DNA from: Tortispora ganteri
Lineage: Eukaryota
Length of the DNA stretch: 64,000 bases
Assembly: GCA_003707115.1 (NCBI GenBank)
Contig: PPNB01000017.1
Coordinates: 1-64,000 of the forward strand
Direction of reading: 5' to 3'
Numbering within the stretch: position 1 is the first letter of the stretch; every line of letters begins with the position of its first letter. The notes below the pieces were generated by a model. That model saw only the letters and a program-made list of their open reading frames with translations. It was not told the origin of the DNA and ran no database searches. The position numbers were made by a program, and so were the translations under genes. Of this stretch, positions 10,799 to 23,922 are shown one piece after another.

Positions 10799-12154
10799 AT
10801 GTTAATCAAGGCATTTTCCTTTAACGACACTCAAAGTATACCATCTTTTGACAGCGAGACTGTCCAGATCAACTCTGAGTTTTCCATTATTGACACTCAA
10901 TATATGCACCAACATGCAAATACTGGATGTTTTGGCTTTAGAAACAAAATCAGAGCCAAAATATCTGCATTTAAAAGACGATTTGCAGTTTGGAATCTTC
11001 ATGGATCTGATTCATTAACGAAAATGGTTGAAAAACAATATCCCGAGATTCAGGTTATAGATCTTGACAACGTATCAGAACTTATGAGGCTAAACTCACC
11101 AGACAGCTTTATAACAACCAGTCTTTGCGCCTGCTACGACGAAATCGACCCAGATGAGGTCGAAGGAGTCGTTCCTCCACTCGAAGTGGATTCAGGAGAA
11201 GCTTCCAGCTGTTACTACAATACTCCACTTGACAAAACTTCAGAAACCTCGGAAAATATGTTACCAACCCTTTCTACGGCCGACATGGCTCGTGATCAAA
11301 CATTCGACTTGCGTCCTGACCAACTGATGGTGTGTTTATCGAATACCGAGTACAATGGCGAACTAGCGACTGCTCAGCGAGTTACAGACAATCCAGTCAA
11401 AGAACCATCGAAAAATGCATCAAAAAGCCTCAGAACCAAAAAGAGCAGTATATTCAAGCAGTTATTCAGTTCGACAAAGACACATGAGCCAGATCTTCAT
11501 ACAGAACTAGAAATACGTCCACAGACTTCTGTATCTACAAAAGTAGCCAGTATCTTCTCCAAACATCGGCGATTTACTACACTTTCCTCACGCGAACGCT
11601 GCTGTTCTGGCTACAGTACAGGAACTATCCCGCTGAAGGTCGACTCGTCAGGGTTTGCAGCGCTTCCATACACTATATCTGACGACAAAGAGATGATAAG
11701 AACTCATGTGCCAGTAAGAGAATTTTCTCGTTCATCAGAACTTACTGCACCAAATACTGACACCGAGCCGCTTAAGCCAATAGAAAGCTCCTACCACTGT
11801 CACAACGTATCCACCGACTTCAACCGTCAGGATGTATGCGCTATGGCTTCTTCCTCTGAATCTGAAGCAGCATTGAGCTCAACGGATTCTAGCATTGCAA
11901 TGCGCAACGTAACCGATGACACGTTCGCAAGAAGACATTCTATTGAAGGCAGAATCCAGCGTGCTTTGAGATGCGCCGAGTTTACTGAATATCTCCAGTA
12001 CAAGAACATGAGCTACGATGAAAGGAATGCATTATACGAACGACGTCAAGCTCTCAACAACCAATCAGAATTTACGGAAGAACAGCTTACTTATTTGCGG
12101 ACTTGGCGCAGTAGCAGCGTGAATCCTATCACTGCCGAAATAGAGGCATTCTAA
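10799..12154 (+). CDS. Hypothetical Ser/Thr-rich orphan protein
   Basis: 451-aa uninterrupted ORF in good A-rich start context (aatcaacATG); no recognised family. Confidence 0.6.
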   Translation: MLIKAFSFNDTQSIPSFDSETVQINSEFSIIDTQYMHQHANTGCFGFRNKIRAKISAFKRRFAVWNLHGSDSLTKMVEKQYPEIQVIDLDNVSELMRLNSPDSFITTSLCACYDEIDPDEVEGVVPPLEVDSGEASSCYYNTPLDKTSETSENMLPTLSTADMARDQTFDLRPDQLMVCLSNTEYNGELATAQRVTDNPVKEPSKNASKSLRTKKSSIFKQLFSSTKTHEPDLHTELEIRPQTSVSTKVASIFSKHRRFTTLSSRERCCSGYSTGTIPLKVDSSGFAALPYTISDDKEMIRTHVPVREFSRSSELTAPNTDTEPLKPIESSYHCHNVSTDFNRQDVCAMASSSESEAALSSTDSSIAMRNVTDDTFARRHSIEGRIQRALRCAEFTEYLQYKNMSYDERNALYERRQALNNQSEFTEEQLTYLRTWRSSSVNPITAEIEAF

Positions 12155-12294
12155 GTTTGAACTACATAAACATACAACAGACAAATACAAACAAAAATAA
12201 ATCGTTTATCATTCATTATAAAGTCATTTAACAGCAGCTAGATACAAATAACAAAAACATATATAATCTTCTTAATCTAGTAAGCAACCCACTT

Positions 12295-15200
12295 CTACAT
12301 ATCGCTGCCTAGTACCATAGCAAGAAGAGCCATGCGGACATACAGACCATATCGCATTTGTCGGAAATATGCAGCACGGTGATCGTAGTCCACTTCAGCT
12401 TGTATCTCGTTGTTCCTAGGTAGAGGGTGCATCACACACATGTGCTTTTTCGCACGTTTCAAAACATTGTTGTTAATAATGTATGAGTCCTTCAGTCTCT
12501 CGTACTCTTCAACACTCGCAAAACGCTCTTGTTGCACTCGAGTACAGTATAGCACGTCCGTACGGCCAATAATCTCGTCCGTTAGCTTCTCACTCTCAGT
12601 GAACGTCATGTTGCGCTTTATCAGCTCCTCCTTCACTTCGTCCGGCAGTCTCAATTCCGCAGGAGACACAAGCTGAATGTTTACTTGGTAGTAACGAAGC
12701 AGCTGGCACAGTGAGTGCACAGTGCGGCCGTATTTCAAATCTCCAAGGAAAGTGACAGTAATGCCATTAACAGTGCCAACCTCTTCACGGATCGTAAACA
12801 AGTCCAAAAATGCCTGCGTCGGATGTTCCTTGGATCCATTACCACCATTGATAATAGGCACAGGAGAATATTTAGCAGCAATATCCGCAGACTCGTCTGA
12901 AGGATGTCTCAAAACAATAGCATCACCATAGCTGGATAGTGTACGAACAGTGTCCTCTAACGTCTCTCCCTTTTTCACAGATGAAGAGCTGGTTGCAATA
13001 GGAAGAACTCTTCCACCTAATCGCTGCATGGCCGCGTCAAAGGAAGACGAGGTTCTAGTGGAAGGCTCATAAAACAATGTACACAACAACTTTCCTTTTA
13101 GGATATCCAAAATCCCCACTCTTTGAACCTCGAGGCGCATCTCTTGGGCAACAGCAAAGAGTAGATGAAGCTCTCTTCGGCCAAATTGCTGAACTGAAAG
13201 CACATGTCGACGAAGGAAAGGATTGTTTCCTGCAATCATTTGGGAAATAGCAGAAGGAGGTTTGAGTTCCTTAGGGAACTCAAAGCCCTTAGCGTCACTT
13301 GGGTCAGTGGAGTGCGGTATCGGTGCAATCATATTTCCTTGAGCAACATCCTCCTCTTCACGTCCAACAGGAGATCTCGGGTCGTGTATTGAGAAAGGGC
13401 GTGCAGTAGTCGAAAAACTCAATCTGGATACGCGCTGCATAGGTGTAAGTTTGGGGCTGCTCTGTAAAGCGGCTGCAGAAGGAACAGAAGCATTACTGGT
13501 CTTCTTGCCATAAGTAGAGGCAATGAGCTCACCGTAAGGCTCATCAAGCAAGTTATTATTATCCAAAGTAGCCACCTTTCCTTTAAAAGTAACGCGCTGA
13601 ATCAGGCCTTTGAGCTTCATGCCAGAAATAGGAGACAATCCTTGGATTTTGGGCTTGTACGGTCTATCCAGATCAATTTCGACTTCGGCAGTTTCATCAA
13701 TCTTCAAATCGAAAATCTCTTTAGGACGCTGGTGCAGACGCAAAGAAATGTCCTCGATTGTAAGACGGTCTTCTTCAACAGCCTTCAAAAGCAGAGGTAG
13801 AGTGTCTGCAATTCCCACAATGGGGGAGGGTTCCTTGTCGTAAGCTGCTGCCAGTAATGAGGGCAAGGAACCAATGCTGAAGCAATCAATAAAAGGAATG
13901 TTTTCCCAAAGAGCATGGTTATCATCCGCAGTAGGAAGACTAGGACACTTGGGGTACTGCTCTCTAGTGAAAAAGAGTGCATATACAGCCACGTCACACG
14001 TGACATTCAGGCCTCTTTCCTTTGAAAGAGCGATAAGCCTGATGTCGTCGCCAGACACTACGCCGGTGATGTGAATAGGGCGATTGTGCAGAGATGCAAG
14101 GAGAAGAATAGAAGCCAAGTCTGTACCTTGGGCATCAGTGACAATCAGCTTACCAGACGGCCAGCTTTCAAAGTGAGAAGCGACTGTGGCTATCTTGCCA
14201 ATATTGTCAGACATGAAGTTGAACGGGATGAACAAACTTCCTGCAATAGCCGCTAGTTGACTCAGTTCATCGCTATTGTTAGGAGTAGCAGCAACAGAAA
14301 GGTTGAAATCTGTGTATGTACCACCTTCGATGTTCTTGAAAGCAATTTCCAAAGAGTTTCTGTCAGAGATTATACCAGCCGAAGAAAACGGCAAAACACG
14401 GCACATGACAAAACCGCTAGCCAAACTTTCCTTAGTGACCGCTTTGACATCATCGTTCAAGCTCTTGCCAATTCCTGGAATGTATGTGCCAACATCAATC
14501 AGCCCTGGAAGAGTGGCAATTCTATGGCTAGATTGCGAGTCTAGAGATGTTACTTCCATCGAATAGTTTCTAGCAATTGCCTGTACCAACAACTTCGCGT
14601 TCTTGACATTAGTAACCAAAGGAATATCATAGTCCACAGCCAGACGGCGAGTGAGATATCCTTTGGACATGTAAGAAGCTGGGCGTCTAAACCTGTTTGA
14701 AGAGGGCAAGTTGATATACAAGTCAATTAGATGGTGAGCCAAGTGCTGAGTGAGAGAGTACTCGGCCTTCTGATCATCAGCATCTTCGTTCAGGACTTCA
14801 AGGTATTGCACAGGGATGTCATGTTCGCGAATAAAGTCAGCGGTACCAGCAGTAGCAAACAAATTGTAGCCAAGCTCATGGAGTTTTCGCACTGAGGGTA
14901 GAAGTTCTATTTTCTCCTTGAAAGAACCAATGGAGAAGAGAATATTTCTTTTTGGCAGTTTGAATCCAGTTGCTATAAGTCCCTTGAGATATGCTTCGTA
15001 CTTGTCACGTCCAAAGCAGGCAACTTCACCGGTTGACGCCATCTCAACACCAAGAACAGGATCGGCACCAGAAAGACGAGGGAAAGAGAACTGGGGCACC
15101 TTTACAGCAACAAAGTTATCAGGCATTGACATAGGAGGATATGGTTGAATCTTTTTGCCGATGATAGCTAATGTAGCCATTTCGATTAAGTCGACGCCGG

Positions 15201-18200
15201 TAGCCTTAGAGACAAACGGGAAAGAACGTGAAGCACGGACGTTACATTCAATAACTTTGATTTCATTATCTTTGGCAATAAATTGAATGTTATAGGGACC
15301 GGTGACATTCAGCGCATGACCAATCTTGCGTGTTGCATGTTCAATTCTTCTGACAGTTTCAGGGTCAAGGTCCTGAGGAGGAACGATCAGTGTCGCATCA
15401 CCAGAATGGACACCGGCATTCTCCACATGTTCAGAGATGACGTGCATGCACATTTCACCGTGTAAAGCGACAGCATCCATCTCGATCTCCTTTGCATTCT
15501 CAATATACTTAGTGATGACGACGGGGTATTCTTGTGAAACCGCAACAGCTTGTTTGAGATAGCTTGCCAAATCGTCTCTTGAATACACAGTATTCATGGC
15601 AGCACCTGAAAGAACATATGACGGCCGCACAAGTACAGGATATCCGACATTAGAACAGAATTCTTCAGCTTCGTCAATAGACGTGAGTTCTTTCCAGGAT
15701 GGCTGGTCAACATCGATGTGGTCAAGCATGCGAGAAAACTTGTAGCGGTTTTCGGCAGAATCAATCATCTCAGGAGAGGTTCCAAGGATGTTGACATTTT
15801 GACGGTACAACGATAATGCAATATTGTTTGCAGTCTGACCTCCCATTGATATAACCACACCCGAAGAGGATTCAAGCTCGTAAATGTCGAGCACTCTTTC
15901 CAAGTTTATCACTTCAAAATAAAGACGGTCGGCTTCGTCGTAGTCAGTAGACACAGTCTCAGGATTGTAATTAACCATGATAGTTTTGACATTCTGTTCT
16001 CTGAGGGTTCTGACAGCTCTTACAGCGCACCAATCAAACTCAACGGAAGAACCAATACGATAAACACCAGAACCAAGAACCATAACGCCCTTATCTTCAA
16101 AAGTGCAATCGTTCTCAGACGCAGTGTATGTCATGTACAAGTAATTGGTATAAGCGGGAAATTCAGCAGCGACAGTGTCAATTTGCTTTACTTTTGGAAC
16201 AATGCCCATTTCGACACGGACACGACGGACAGCCATTTCATTAGATCCAATGAATCTGGCAATTTGTCGGTCTTCGAATCCCAGTTGCTTCGCTTGAAGA
16301 AGAGTGCCAGCAGAGAGCGTCGACAAAGAAAGGTTAGACATGTGTTTAGAGAACTTAATCAGATGTTCTAATTTATTCAAAAACCATTTATCAATCTTTG
16401 TCATGTTCCATATTTTGTCAACAGAGTAGCCATCATGCAAGGCGTTGGCAATAGCAAAGAGACGTTGATCAGATGGAGTCTGCAATTCTGTGTCGATATC
16501 AATTGACATCAAAGCCTCAGTGCTGTTGAAGCCTAGATTGTGATAATCGATAGCGCGGATAGCTTTTTGAATAGTCTCTTCAAATGTGCGACCTATGGCC
16601 ATAACTTCACCAACAGATTTCATGGAAGAAGACAGTTGAGAAGAAACTCGAGTGAACTTCTTCAGATCCCAACGAGGGATCTTTACAACGACATAGTCCA
16701 GGGAAGGTTCAAAGCATGCGCAAGTCTTCTTAGTGACAGAGTTTTTGATCTCGTTAAGTGGAATGTTAAGACCTAACTTAGCTGCAATAAAAGCAAGAGG
16801 ATATCCAGTGGCCTTAGACGCGAGAGCAGAAGATCTCGACAAACGAGCGTTCACTTCAATAATGCAATATTCTTTGGAGAAAGGGTTAAGTGCATACTGT
16901 ATATTGCATTCTCCGACAACGCCTAAATGTCTAATGACATTAACTGCAGTAGTTCTCAACATATTGTAGTCTTCGTCCGAAAGAGTCTGAGAGGGTGCAA
17001 CAACAATAGAGTCACCAGTGTGAATACCTAATGGGTCAAAATTCTCCATGTTGCACACAGTGATACAGTTATCCTGACAATCTCTGACAACTTCGTACTC
17101 AATTTCTTTCCAGCCTTTCATTGAGCGCTCTACAAGGACTTGAGGAGAAGAAGCAAAAGCCTTGTGACAAAGGGCAAGGAGCTGGTCCATGTTTTCGGCA
17201 AATCCAGAGCCAAGACCACCCAGAGCATAGGCAGCACGGACGATAAGAGGGAAACCGATTTTCTCAGCCGCAGCGATTGCCTCTTCAACTGAGCTGGCGG
17301 ACTGAGACACAGCACATTTTTCTCCAATTTCCTCCATAGCTTGAGCAAACTCTTCACGGTCTTCAGTCTTAATTATGGTATCTATAGGAGTGCCGAGGAC
17401 TTTTACGCCGAGCGACTCAAATTCATCTTTGAGCTTAATTCCGACATTAAGCGCGGTCTGACCACCGAAAGTAACATAAATGCCATCAGGTTTTTCAAAT
17501 TTTATGACCTTGCGGATGAAATCAGGTGTGACTGGCAAGAAGTACACTTTGTCGGCCAAACCTTTTGACGTCTGTATAGTTGCAATATTTGGGTTGACCA
17601 AAATAGTGTATATACCTTCTTCTTTTAAAGCTTTGATGGCTTGCGAACCGGAGTAATCAAATTCACCAGCTTGACCAATGCTGAGACCACCAGAACCAAG
17701 AATGAGAACTTTTTGGACAGGTGTGTTTGGGTGAGCAGCAGCGTTTTCAGCTTTGAGACCGCCAGGAAATGTAACCGGACCGGTGCAACCGTTGGTGATT
17801 GATGTTTGGATTGCTTCTATGAAAGTGTCAAATAGGAATTCGGTATCGCGTGGGCCAGGAGTCGATTCGGGATGGAACTGAACAGAAAAGAAGGGACGGT
17901 CCAAACAGTAGATACCTTCATTAGAGCCATCGTTAGCATTCACAAAAAGCTCAGACCAGCCGTGAGGAAGAGTAGCAACGTCGACCGCATAACCGTGATT
18001 CTGAGAAGTGATGTAGCATTTTCCTGATATCAAGTTGGTAGCAGGAATATTGTGTCCACGGTTTCCAAACTTCAGCTTATAAGTTTTGGCACCAATAGCA
18101 CGGGACAGAATCTGATGACCGAGACAGATACCAAAGACCGGCACGTTAGCGCGTTCTATAACCTTGGCTAGACGGCTGACGACAGAATCCACAAGGATAG

Positions 18201-19059
18201 GATCACCAGGACCGTTAGACAAGAATAGTCCATCATAAGGCTCACATTCAGCAGGGAAGTCGTAGTCCCATGGAACGACTTTGAGTTCAATGCCTCTTTT
18301 GACGAAACAGCGGATCTGGTTGAACTTCATACCGACATCGACAGCGATAACGCGAAGGGTGCGGTTTTCCTTTGGGTGCTTTATAGCAATTTCAGGCTTA
18401 GGTGAGTAGACAGAGACAGTCTTAGTTGATACTTTAGCCACGAGGTTTTCTGCATTGGGGTTGTACCATTCGATGGTCTCGAAGGAAGAGGAGCTAGGTA
18501 GCTGCTGGAGGAGCTTGCCGAGCATAGATCCCTTACTTCTAATGTGCTTAGTCAAAGCCCTAGTGTCGATACCATACACGGCTGGAATGCCTTCTTCCTT
18601 GAGCCAGTCGCCTAAAGAAGAGGTGGCCAGATGGTGGGAATACTGCTCGGTGTAAGAGGCGACGACAATACCGGCCACATGGATAGAAGTAGATTCCAGG
18701 TAGCGCGGGATGGTGGGGAGCCAATCTTCAAACTCAGTGCGAGATGGTACGCCATAATTTCCAACCAAGGGAAAGGTAAAGACCAAGATCTGGCCCTCGT
18801 AGGAGGGATCAGTGATGGTTTCGGGGTAGCCAACCATACCAGTCTGAAAGACAAGTTCGCCTGCAACTGATTTCTGCGCGCCAAAGGAGTAGCCCTGAAG
18901 GGAGGAGCCATCCTCGAGTACGAGGTTTACCAAAGTGTCAGTTTCATTAATAGGGGAAACGACAGGTTTAGTATACTGTAGCGTTTCTGCAGTAGATATA
19001 TCTAGTTGATTGAGATCGGAAGCAATAGCTACACTATTTCTGCGAGCAGCGATAGTCAT
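12295..19059 (-). CDS. URA2: Multifunctional carbamoyl-phosphate synthetase / inactive DHOase-like / aspartate transcarbamoylase
   Basis: GATase (GICLGHQ, QFHPE), CPSase ([17 protein letters not shown]), DHO-like domain lacking the HxH metal ligands ([10 protein letters not shown]), ATCase ([18 protein letters not shown]). Confidence 0.99.
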   Translation of the reverse strand: MTIAARRNSVAIASDLNQLDISTAETLQYTKPVVSPINETDTLVNLVLEDGSSLQGYSFGAQKSVAGELVFQTGMVGYPETITDPSYEGQILVFTFPLVGNYGVPSRTEFEDWLPTIPRYLESTSIHVAGIVVASYTEQYSHHLATSSLGDWLKEEGIPAVYGIDTRALTKHIRSKGSMLGKLLQQLPSSSSFETIEWYNPNAENLVAKVSTKTVSVYSPKPEIAIKHPKENRTLRVIAVDVGMKFNQIRCFVKRGIELKVVPWDYDFPAECEPYDGLFLSNGPGDPILVDSVVSRLAKVIERANVPVFGICLGHQILSRAIGAKTYKLKFGNRGHNIPATNLISGKCYITSQNHGYAVDVATLPHGWSELFVNANDGSNEGIYCLDRPFFSVQFHPESTPGPRDTEFLFDTFIEAIQTSITNGCTGPVTFPGGLKAENAAAHPNTPVQKVLILGSGGLSIGQAGEFDYSGSQAIKALKEEGIYTILVNPNIATIQTSKGLADKVYFLPVTPDFIRKVIKFEKPDGIYVTFGGQTALNVGIKLKDEFESLGVKVLGTPIDTIIKTEDREEFAQAMEEIGEKCAVSQSASSVEEAIAAAEKIGFPLIVRAAYALGGLGSGFAENMDQLLALCHKAFASSPQVLVERSMKGWKEIEYEVVRDCQDNCITVCNMENFDPLGIHTGDSIVVAPSQTLSDEDYNMLRTTAVNVIRHLGVVGECNIQYALNPFSKEYCIIEVNARLSRSSALASKATGYPLAFIAAKLGLNIPLNEIKNSVTKKTCACFEPSLDYVVVKIPRWDLKKFTRVSSQLSSSMKSVGEVMAIGRTFEETIQKAIRAIDYHNLGFNSTEALMSIDIDTELQTPSDQRLFAIANALHDGYSVDKIWNMTKIDKWFLNKLEHLIKFSKHMSNLSLSTLSAGTLLQAKQLGFEDRQIARFIGSNEMAVRRVRVEMGIVPKVKQIDTVAAEFPAYTNYLYMTYTASENDCTFEDKGVMVLGSGVYRIGSSVEFDWCAVRAVRTLREQNVKTIMVNYNPETVSTDYDEADRLYFEVINLERVLDIYELESSSGVVISMGGQTANNIALSLYRQNVNILGTSPEMIDSAENRYKFSRMLDHIDVDQPSWKELTSIDEAEEFCSNVGYPVLVRPSYVLSGAAMNTVYSRDDLASYLKQAVAVSQEYPVVITKYIENAKEIEMDAVALHGEMCMHVISEHVENAGVHSGDATLIVPPQDLDPETVRRIEHATRKIGHALNVTGPYNIQFIAKDNEIKVIECNVRASRSFPFVSKATGVDLIEMATLAIIGKKIQPYPPMSMPDNFVAVKVPQFSFPRLSGADPVLGVEMASTGEVACFGRDKYEAYLKGLIATGFKLPKRNILFSIGSFKEKIELLPSVRKLHELGYNLFATAGTADFIREHDIPVQYLEVLNEDADDQKAEYSLTQHLAHHLIDLYINLPSSNRFRRPASYMSKGYLTRRLAVDYDIPLVTNVKNAKLLVQAIARNYSMEVTSLDSQSSHRIATLPGLIDVGTYIPGIGKSLNDDVKAVTKESLASGFVMCRVLPFSSAGIISDRNSLEIAFKNIEGGTYTDFNLSVAATPNNSDELSQLAAIAGSLFIPFNFMSDNIGKIATVASHFESWPSGKLIVTDAQGTDLASILLLASLHNRPIHITGVVSGDDIRLIALSKERGLNVTCDVAVYALFFTREQYPKCPSLPTADDNHALWENIPFIDCFSIGSLPSLLAAAYDKEPSPIVGIADTLPLLLKAVEEDRLTIEDISLRLHQRPKEIFDLKIDETAEVEIDLDRPYKPKIQGLSPISGMKLKGLIQRVTFKGKVATLDNNNLLDEPYGELIASTYGKKTSNASVPSAAALQSSPKLTPMQRVSRLSFSTTARPFSIHDPRSPVGREEEDVAQGNMIAPIPHSTDPSDAKGFEFPKELKPPSAISQMIAGNNPFLRRHVLSVQQFGRRELHLLFAVAQEMRLEVQRVGILDILKGKLLCTLFYEPSTRTSSSFDAAMQRLGGRVLPIATSSSSVKKGETLEDTVRTLSSYGDAIVLRHPSDESADIAAKYSPVPIINGGNGSKEHPTQAFLDLFTIREEVGTVNGITVTFLGDLKYGRTVHSLCQLLRYYQVNIQLVSPAELRLPDEVKEELIKRNMTFTESEKLTDEIIGRTDVLYCTRVQQERFASVEEYERLKDSYIINNNVLKRAKKHMCVMHPLPRNNEIQAEVDYDHRAAYFRQMRYGLYVRMALLAMVLGSDM

Positions 19060-20169
19060 GGTGAGTGAATAGAAGCAAACGAGTAGTTGTTAAAATTCAC
19101 AGCAATTGTAAAAAACAAAGCCACGTACGACAGAATATATATCTCAAGCAAATCCCCTTAACCGAGGCTCTTGACACTGTGAAAGTAGTCAAGAAGGATA
19201 AAAAGAAAAGAAAATCTTTTGCGTTGAGAAAAAAATATGTGTGAGAGGTTGGGAGGAAGCTAAACTCAAATATAGAATAAGGTTATAGAAATATTTCAGC
19301 GCTTACAGATATACACAGCGCGCTTACTTTATTTATTAATGCAAGAGCAAATAAAATTAATCCATCTATAATTATAAACTCCTATATATATGCTTATAGT
19401 ATTCAATACTGACCTGTCTAGGGTAGTGATGCTATGTTTTGGAAGTTAGCGAGATCAGAAACAGAAATTGATAAAAACTTAAAAGCTCATATTCCACTTG
19501 GGAAACCATGGGGATTTCGCGTAAAGCCGAAAAGGAAACGCGGTTCTCTACAACAGTTCGCAATAATAGCGCATTTAGAAGGTGGCTGACAGTGTATAGT
19601 ACCGATATCTGTTGTTAAAGTGTCGAAATTCGACCTATGCGAGTCATTGAATCTACACAGCCCTTGAACATCTCCTTTAAGCGCGGACACATAAACACTG
19701 TGTATATTGTGCCGTAAGCGATTTTCACGTCCTTAAAACAAGCCATTTATAGTGTTTCTAAAATATTGAGTAATTTGATAGTCAAAATCTCAGTATTACT
19801 ACAACGAAACTCGGACCTGAGTGGTTTAGAGCTAAGCTTTCTTGATGGAAGGCACGAAGCTGTGAGTTGGATTGTAATAGTGCAATAACGCTATATCAGA
19901 ATACAACCTCATGATGCTGGCAATCTGAGGTTGCAACAAAATTAGAAGTAATATACAACATACTTAACCGCAAACCGATCACTAACAGAACTAAACTCAA
20001 TGAGCAGCACTCCATCTGGTGGTGCCAGAAAAAAGTCCGGCCAATAAGGTTCTGGCAAACGTTGGGACCTCTTTACTGAAAACCACACCACTTTAGTCAG
20101 ACCATCTGCCCCTATATATACACAACCAATACACCAAACTCCTTTCCACTTGTTAGTTACTTCTACGAT

Positions 20170-20928
20170 ATGCGCTTCGATATTCCGAATAAAGCTGAAC
20201 CTTATTTAGCTGTTTCAGCGGCTGTAGGATTCGCCTACATGGGTACCGCGCTTTACGACAAGCGGTTCAATATTCCCGCCGATTTCAACGATCCCGACGT
20301 CGCGCGTTTCTTCTTCTGTAGAGTCTTAGAAGCTATAGTGGGACTTTGGGGGTGTCATGGAGACCTGATAGATCTCACCTATATGTTATTAATTGCGTCT
20401 CTACCAAATATTCTCGTTCTCAACGCCTTCATGGGTGTTGACCTGCCACTTGCTATTGTTTCATATATGCCATCCATCCTTGCGTTGCCCGTGTTCTGGG
20501 GACTCAAACAAATGTTTTCTCCTGATCCGATTGTCCGAGCTCCAGGACAGAAGTATCCTAGACCTAATCGTTCTATTGGAGCTGAAGCCACTGCGCAGGC
20601 GCTAGTCGGTGCGCTTATCCTCACAGGTATCGTCTACGGGTTCGCAGATGGCTACTTCTCCCAGTTGCTTCGAAACGCTACACATATCGAAATAGCTAAT
20701 CCGAAGTTCAGTATAGGTGTTATTTTTGCGCTACTCTTAGTCCCGTGCTATGGAATACAGCGTGTTGCCGGCGACCTTGACCTCATCGGCTGCATTCAGT
20801 TCATGGCACTCCTACGATCTTTCGAGATGTCTTATATGATTGGCGACTCCAAGTATGTCATGCCGCTGCTTGCTCTCCCGTACGGCGCTTCTGTCGCCTT
20901 TGTTGCTCGTCTTCTTCCGGGTAATTAA
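20170..20928 (+). CDS. Hypothetical multi-pass membrane protein
   Basis: 252-aa ORF with several hydrophobic helices; TATATATA element at ~20113. Confidence 0.6.
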   Translation: MRFDIPNKAEPYLAVSAAVGFAYMGTALYDKRFNIPADFNDPDVARFFFCRVLEAIVGLWGCHGDLIDLTYMLLIASLPNILVLNAFMGVDLPLAIVSYMPSILALPVFWGLKQMFSPDPIVRAPGQKYPRPNRSIGAEATAQALVGALILTGIVYGFADGYFSQLLRNATHIEIANPKFSIGVIFALLLVPCYGIQRVAGDLDLIGCIQFMALLRSFEMSYMIGDSKYVMPLLALPYGASVAFVARLLPGN

Positions 20929-21844
20929 TTGAACTTTTTAACACACAAAAATGTTCGTGAATGTGCACATGCACGTATGCATAAACGCATACCCGTTTGA
21001 GCTGTTCGCTTTTCTTCTTAAAGTAAACACATTTTCTAATTGTCTTTCTAAGGACCTACCCCTAATGCCAACCTTCGTGTTTTTTTCTTTTTTTAATTTT
21101 CGAATCTTACTGTAAGGTTCTTCTTCAATGGACACATCCTTGCCTTATTTGGCAATCTCGGAGTCTATTTTCCATGTTCGATCGCGATCGGTTCGCGACC
21201 GTTGGACCTCTTCTCGGCCACAAATGCCCATTGAGCAAAACTACGATTCAATAATAATATACATATATATATTTATACAGTTAAACAAGAATATACCTAA
21301 ACCTTTCATAGCTATTTTTCCACACAGGGGTGAAGACAAGTCTGCACAGAATTCAAACGCATGTGAAAAATCCTGGGTAAGGGTTTGATAGATCCCACTG
21401 AAGCAGCAAATAATAGCTACGGTATAACTTTGCCATCAGTTCCGGTACTACGTCCCAAACCTCTTAAGGAATTTAAAGCAGCCGCTGGTTCCGGAGGCTA
21501 CTATTACTATTATCCTCGAAGATTACTTTCAATTGTTACTTTGACCAAACACTTATAATAATCATCTATTTGTGTAAGAATTGATTGCATACTTCCAATT
21601 TTAGTATAGCCTATCCTCCTTCCTGCTTGGTTACTTCACATATTCATTTTGGTCTGCTGCTTGCGCACCGGGATTTTGTTGCCTGCTTTTGCAATCGCCT
21701 CAGTACCTACATTTTTTTTTATCATTTCATAAGAGTGCAAATCATCGGTCATATTTTTGCTTAACTCTGACAAAGGAACACTAAGCTTTGTTAACTCGCT
21801 TCCTTTAACATTCGCTTAATCTGACTTCATTTAGCCGGGAAACA

Positions 21845-23800
21845 ATGGCGTCTTCTCCTTCTATGAACGAAACCGACGAAATAACCTCCAAATTAGGAAA
21901 TATGTCTTTGGCTACTCAAAGACAATTGGCTCCCGGATCACACATTTATGACCCTGCCTCTTTCCCTAACTCTCGGGTCCCTTCAGGCTCTTTCAGCTCT
22001 TATGACGATTCCCGCGACTTTGGTAGCTCTGCTGGAGACGAATCCCCCAGGGAAGTTGATCTTAGTGCTCAATCGTCTATAAACTTTGCCGGTGTCCTGC
22101 AATCTACTGACGTTTCTGCTGTCAATTCTTACGAAGAATCTGCCTCTCTTACTATGCCAGTCCCGATCCCCGACAGTTCAGCCGCTCGCGCAAAGTTTTC
22201 TCTAGACCATGGCTCTTATGATTCTCTAGGAAGTCCATCACACTCCTCACCTTCAGCTATCACTACTCAAGGATCTCATACTCCTACATTTACAGAATTT
22301 CCTACCGAAGCCGGCGAAGATCCATATGCCCGCCGAAACCGCCCCCCTATGGAAAAGTCCCCGGTCAACATACACCCTCGATTTGTCTTTAACAGATTGG
22401 ATGCCCCTAGGGAATCTTTTCAGCATGCATCCAGCCATAACTCTACCAAGTCTCGTTCTAATAGCGCTTCAATACAACTACATTCTTCTTTGGCCACAGA
22501 TGGCTCTTCTGAACCTAATAAGGATTCTAAATCCACCAAACCCTCATCTGCCGCAGACAAAGATGGTAGCGACTCGTCTTCAGGCTTAAAGCATAAACCT
22601 CATTCAAGTATGATGGAGTTGAAGCGGTTTTTTAAGCCTAGCTTCAAATCTGGAAATCATCAGCAACAAAAATCACGTTCAAGGTTAGGATCTGGATCTC
22701 CTCCAGTTAATACCAAGGCTGCAGCGCCGAAAACGTCGTCTCGCACCTCTAAGTCTACGTCTTCTTCATCTAATAAGATTATATTTGGCGAGGACCAGCC
22801 TAGCATAGCTAAAAGATACGGAAAGTTTGGCCGCGTTCTTGGTTCCGGTGCTGGGGGCTCCGTCAGAGTTATGAAAAGAGCCTCTGACGGAACTATGTTT
22901 GCAGTTAAGGAGTTCAGAGCTCGAAATGCGTATGAATCCGAGAGAGATTACGCCAAAAAGGTTACAGCGGAGTTCTGCATAGGCTCCACTTTACACCATC
23001 CAAACATTATCGAAACTCTGGATATTATTCATGAGAATAATAGGTATTACGAGGTTATGGAATATTGCCCATATGACTTGTTTGCTATTGTTATGAGTGG
23101 TAAAATGTCAAAGGCTGAAATCAATTGCGTGTTTAAACAATTGCTTTCTGGAGTGGCCTACTTGCACGATATGGGTTTAACACACAGAGACTTGAAGCTT
23201 GACAATTGTGTTATGACACAAGATGGCATTGCTAAAATCATTGATTTTGGTTCAGCTGCAGTGTTCAGATATCCATTTGAGAATGACATTGTTTATGCTC
23301 ACGGTATAGTTGGGTCTGACCCTTATTTGGCACCAGAAGTTTGCTCTGAGCTGAAATATGACCCACAACCTGCTGATATCTGGTCTTTAGCTATTATTTA
23401 TTGCTGCATGACTCTTCGCAGATTTCCATGGAAAGTTCCTAGAAAATCGGACAATTCATTTCGTCTATACTGTGTCAATTCGAATACAGATCCTCCAGAA
23501 GGTGAAGAAAATCTTCCTCCTCCACTACCTGGCACCGCTTCTGCTAGCAATTCCAACAATCGGTACCAAGGACCATGGAGATTGTTACGACTCCTTCCGA
23601 TTGAGGCCCGACCTATTATTGGTAAAATGCTTACGGTTAATGTTGGTAAGCGTGCTACTATGCCAGAGGTCTTTAGTGACCCTTGGATTAAAAGCATTCA
23701 AATGTGCACTGTAAAGGATGGTAAGGTGATTAAGGCTACAGATCACGAGCATACTTTAGTCGCGCCAGAAAGTGCACATCTTGCTAGCTACAAGAAATGA
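21845..23800 (+). CDS. NPR1: Npr1/Prr2-type Ser/Thr kinase (nitrogen permease reactivator)
   Basis: Ser-rich N-terminus; GSGAGGSV, HRDLKLDNC, DFG, GIVGSDPYLAPEVC and FPWKVP match the Npr1 subfamily. Confidence 0.85.
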   Translation: MASSPSMNETDEITSKLGNMSLATQRQLAPGSHIYDPASFPNSRVPSGSFSSYDDSRDFGSSAGDESPREVDLSAQSSINFAGVLQSTDVSAVNSYEESASLTMPVPIPDSSAARAKFSLDHGSYDSLGSPSHSSPSAITTQGSHTPTFTEFPTEAGEDPYARRNRPPMEKSPVNIHPRFVFNRLDAPRESFQHASSHNSTKSRSNSASIQLHSSLATDGSSEPNKDSKSTKPSSAADKDGSDSSSGLKHKPHSSMMELKRFFKPSFKSGNHQQQKSRSRLGSGSPPVNTKAAAPKTSSRTSKSTSSSSNKIIFGEDQPSIAKRYGKFGRVLGSGAGGSVRVMKRASDGTMFAVKEFRARNAYESERDYAKKVTAEFCIGSTLHHPNIIETLDIIHENNRYYEVMEYCPYDLFAIVMSGKMSKAEINCVFKQLLSGVAYLHDMGLTHRDLKLDNCVMTQDGIAKIIDFGSAAVFRYPFENDIVYAHGIVGSDPYLAPEVCSELKYDPQPADIWSLAIIYCCMTLRRFPWKVPRKSDNSFRLYCVNSNTDPPEGEENLPPPLPGTASASNSNNRYQGPWRLLRLLPIEARPIIGKMLTVNVGKRATMPEVFSDPWIKSIQMCTVKDGKVIKATDHEHTLVAPESAHLASYKK

Positions 23801-23922
23801 TCATTGGGGAAAATAAAAAGAATATGCAACGCTGTATAACAATTGCGGATTTCATAACGTTTAATAGTATCCTTGTAATTAGTATTTACATTGAGATAGA
23901 GTCCATATGGTTTGAAGACTTT

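Noticed and set aside
13400..14530. URA2 dihydroorotase domain lacking metal ligands
   Set aside because: Well-known feature of ascomycete Ura2; not novel.
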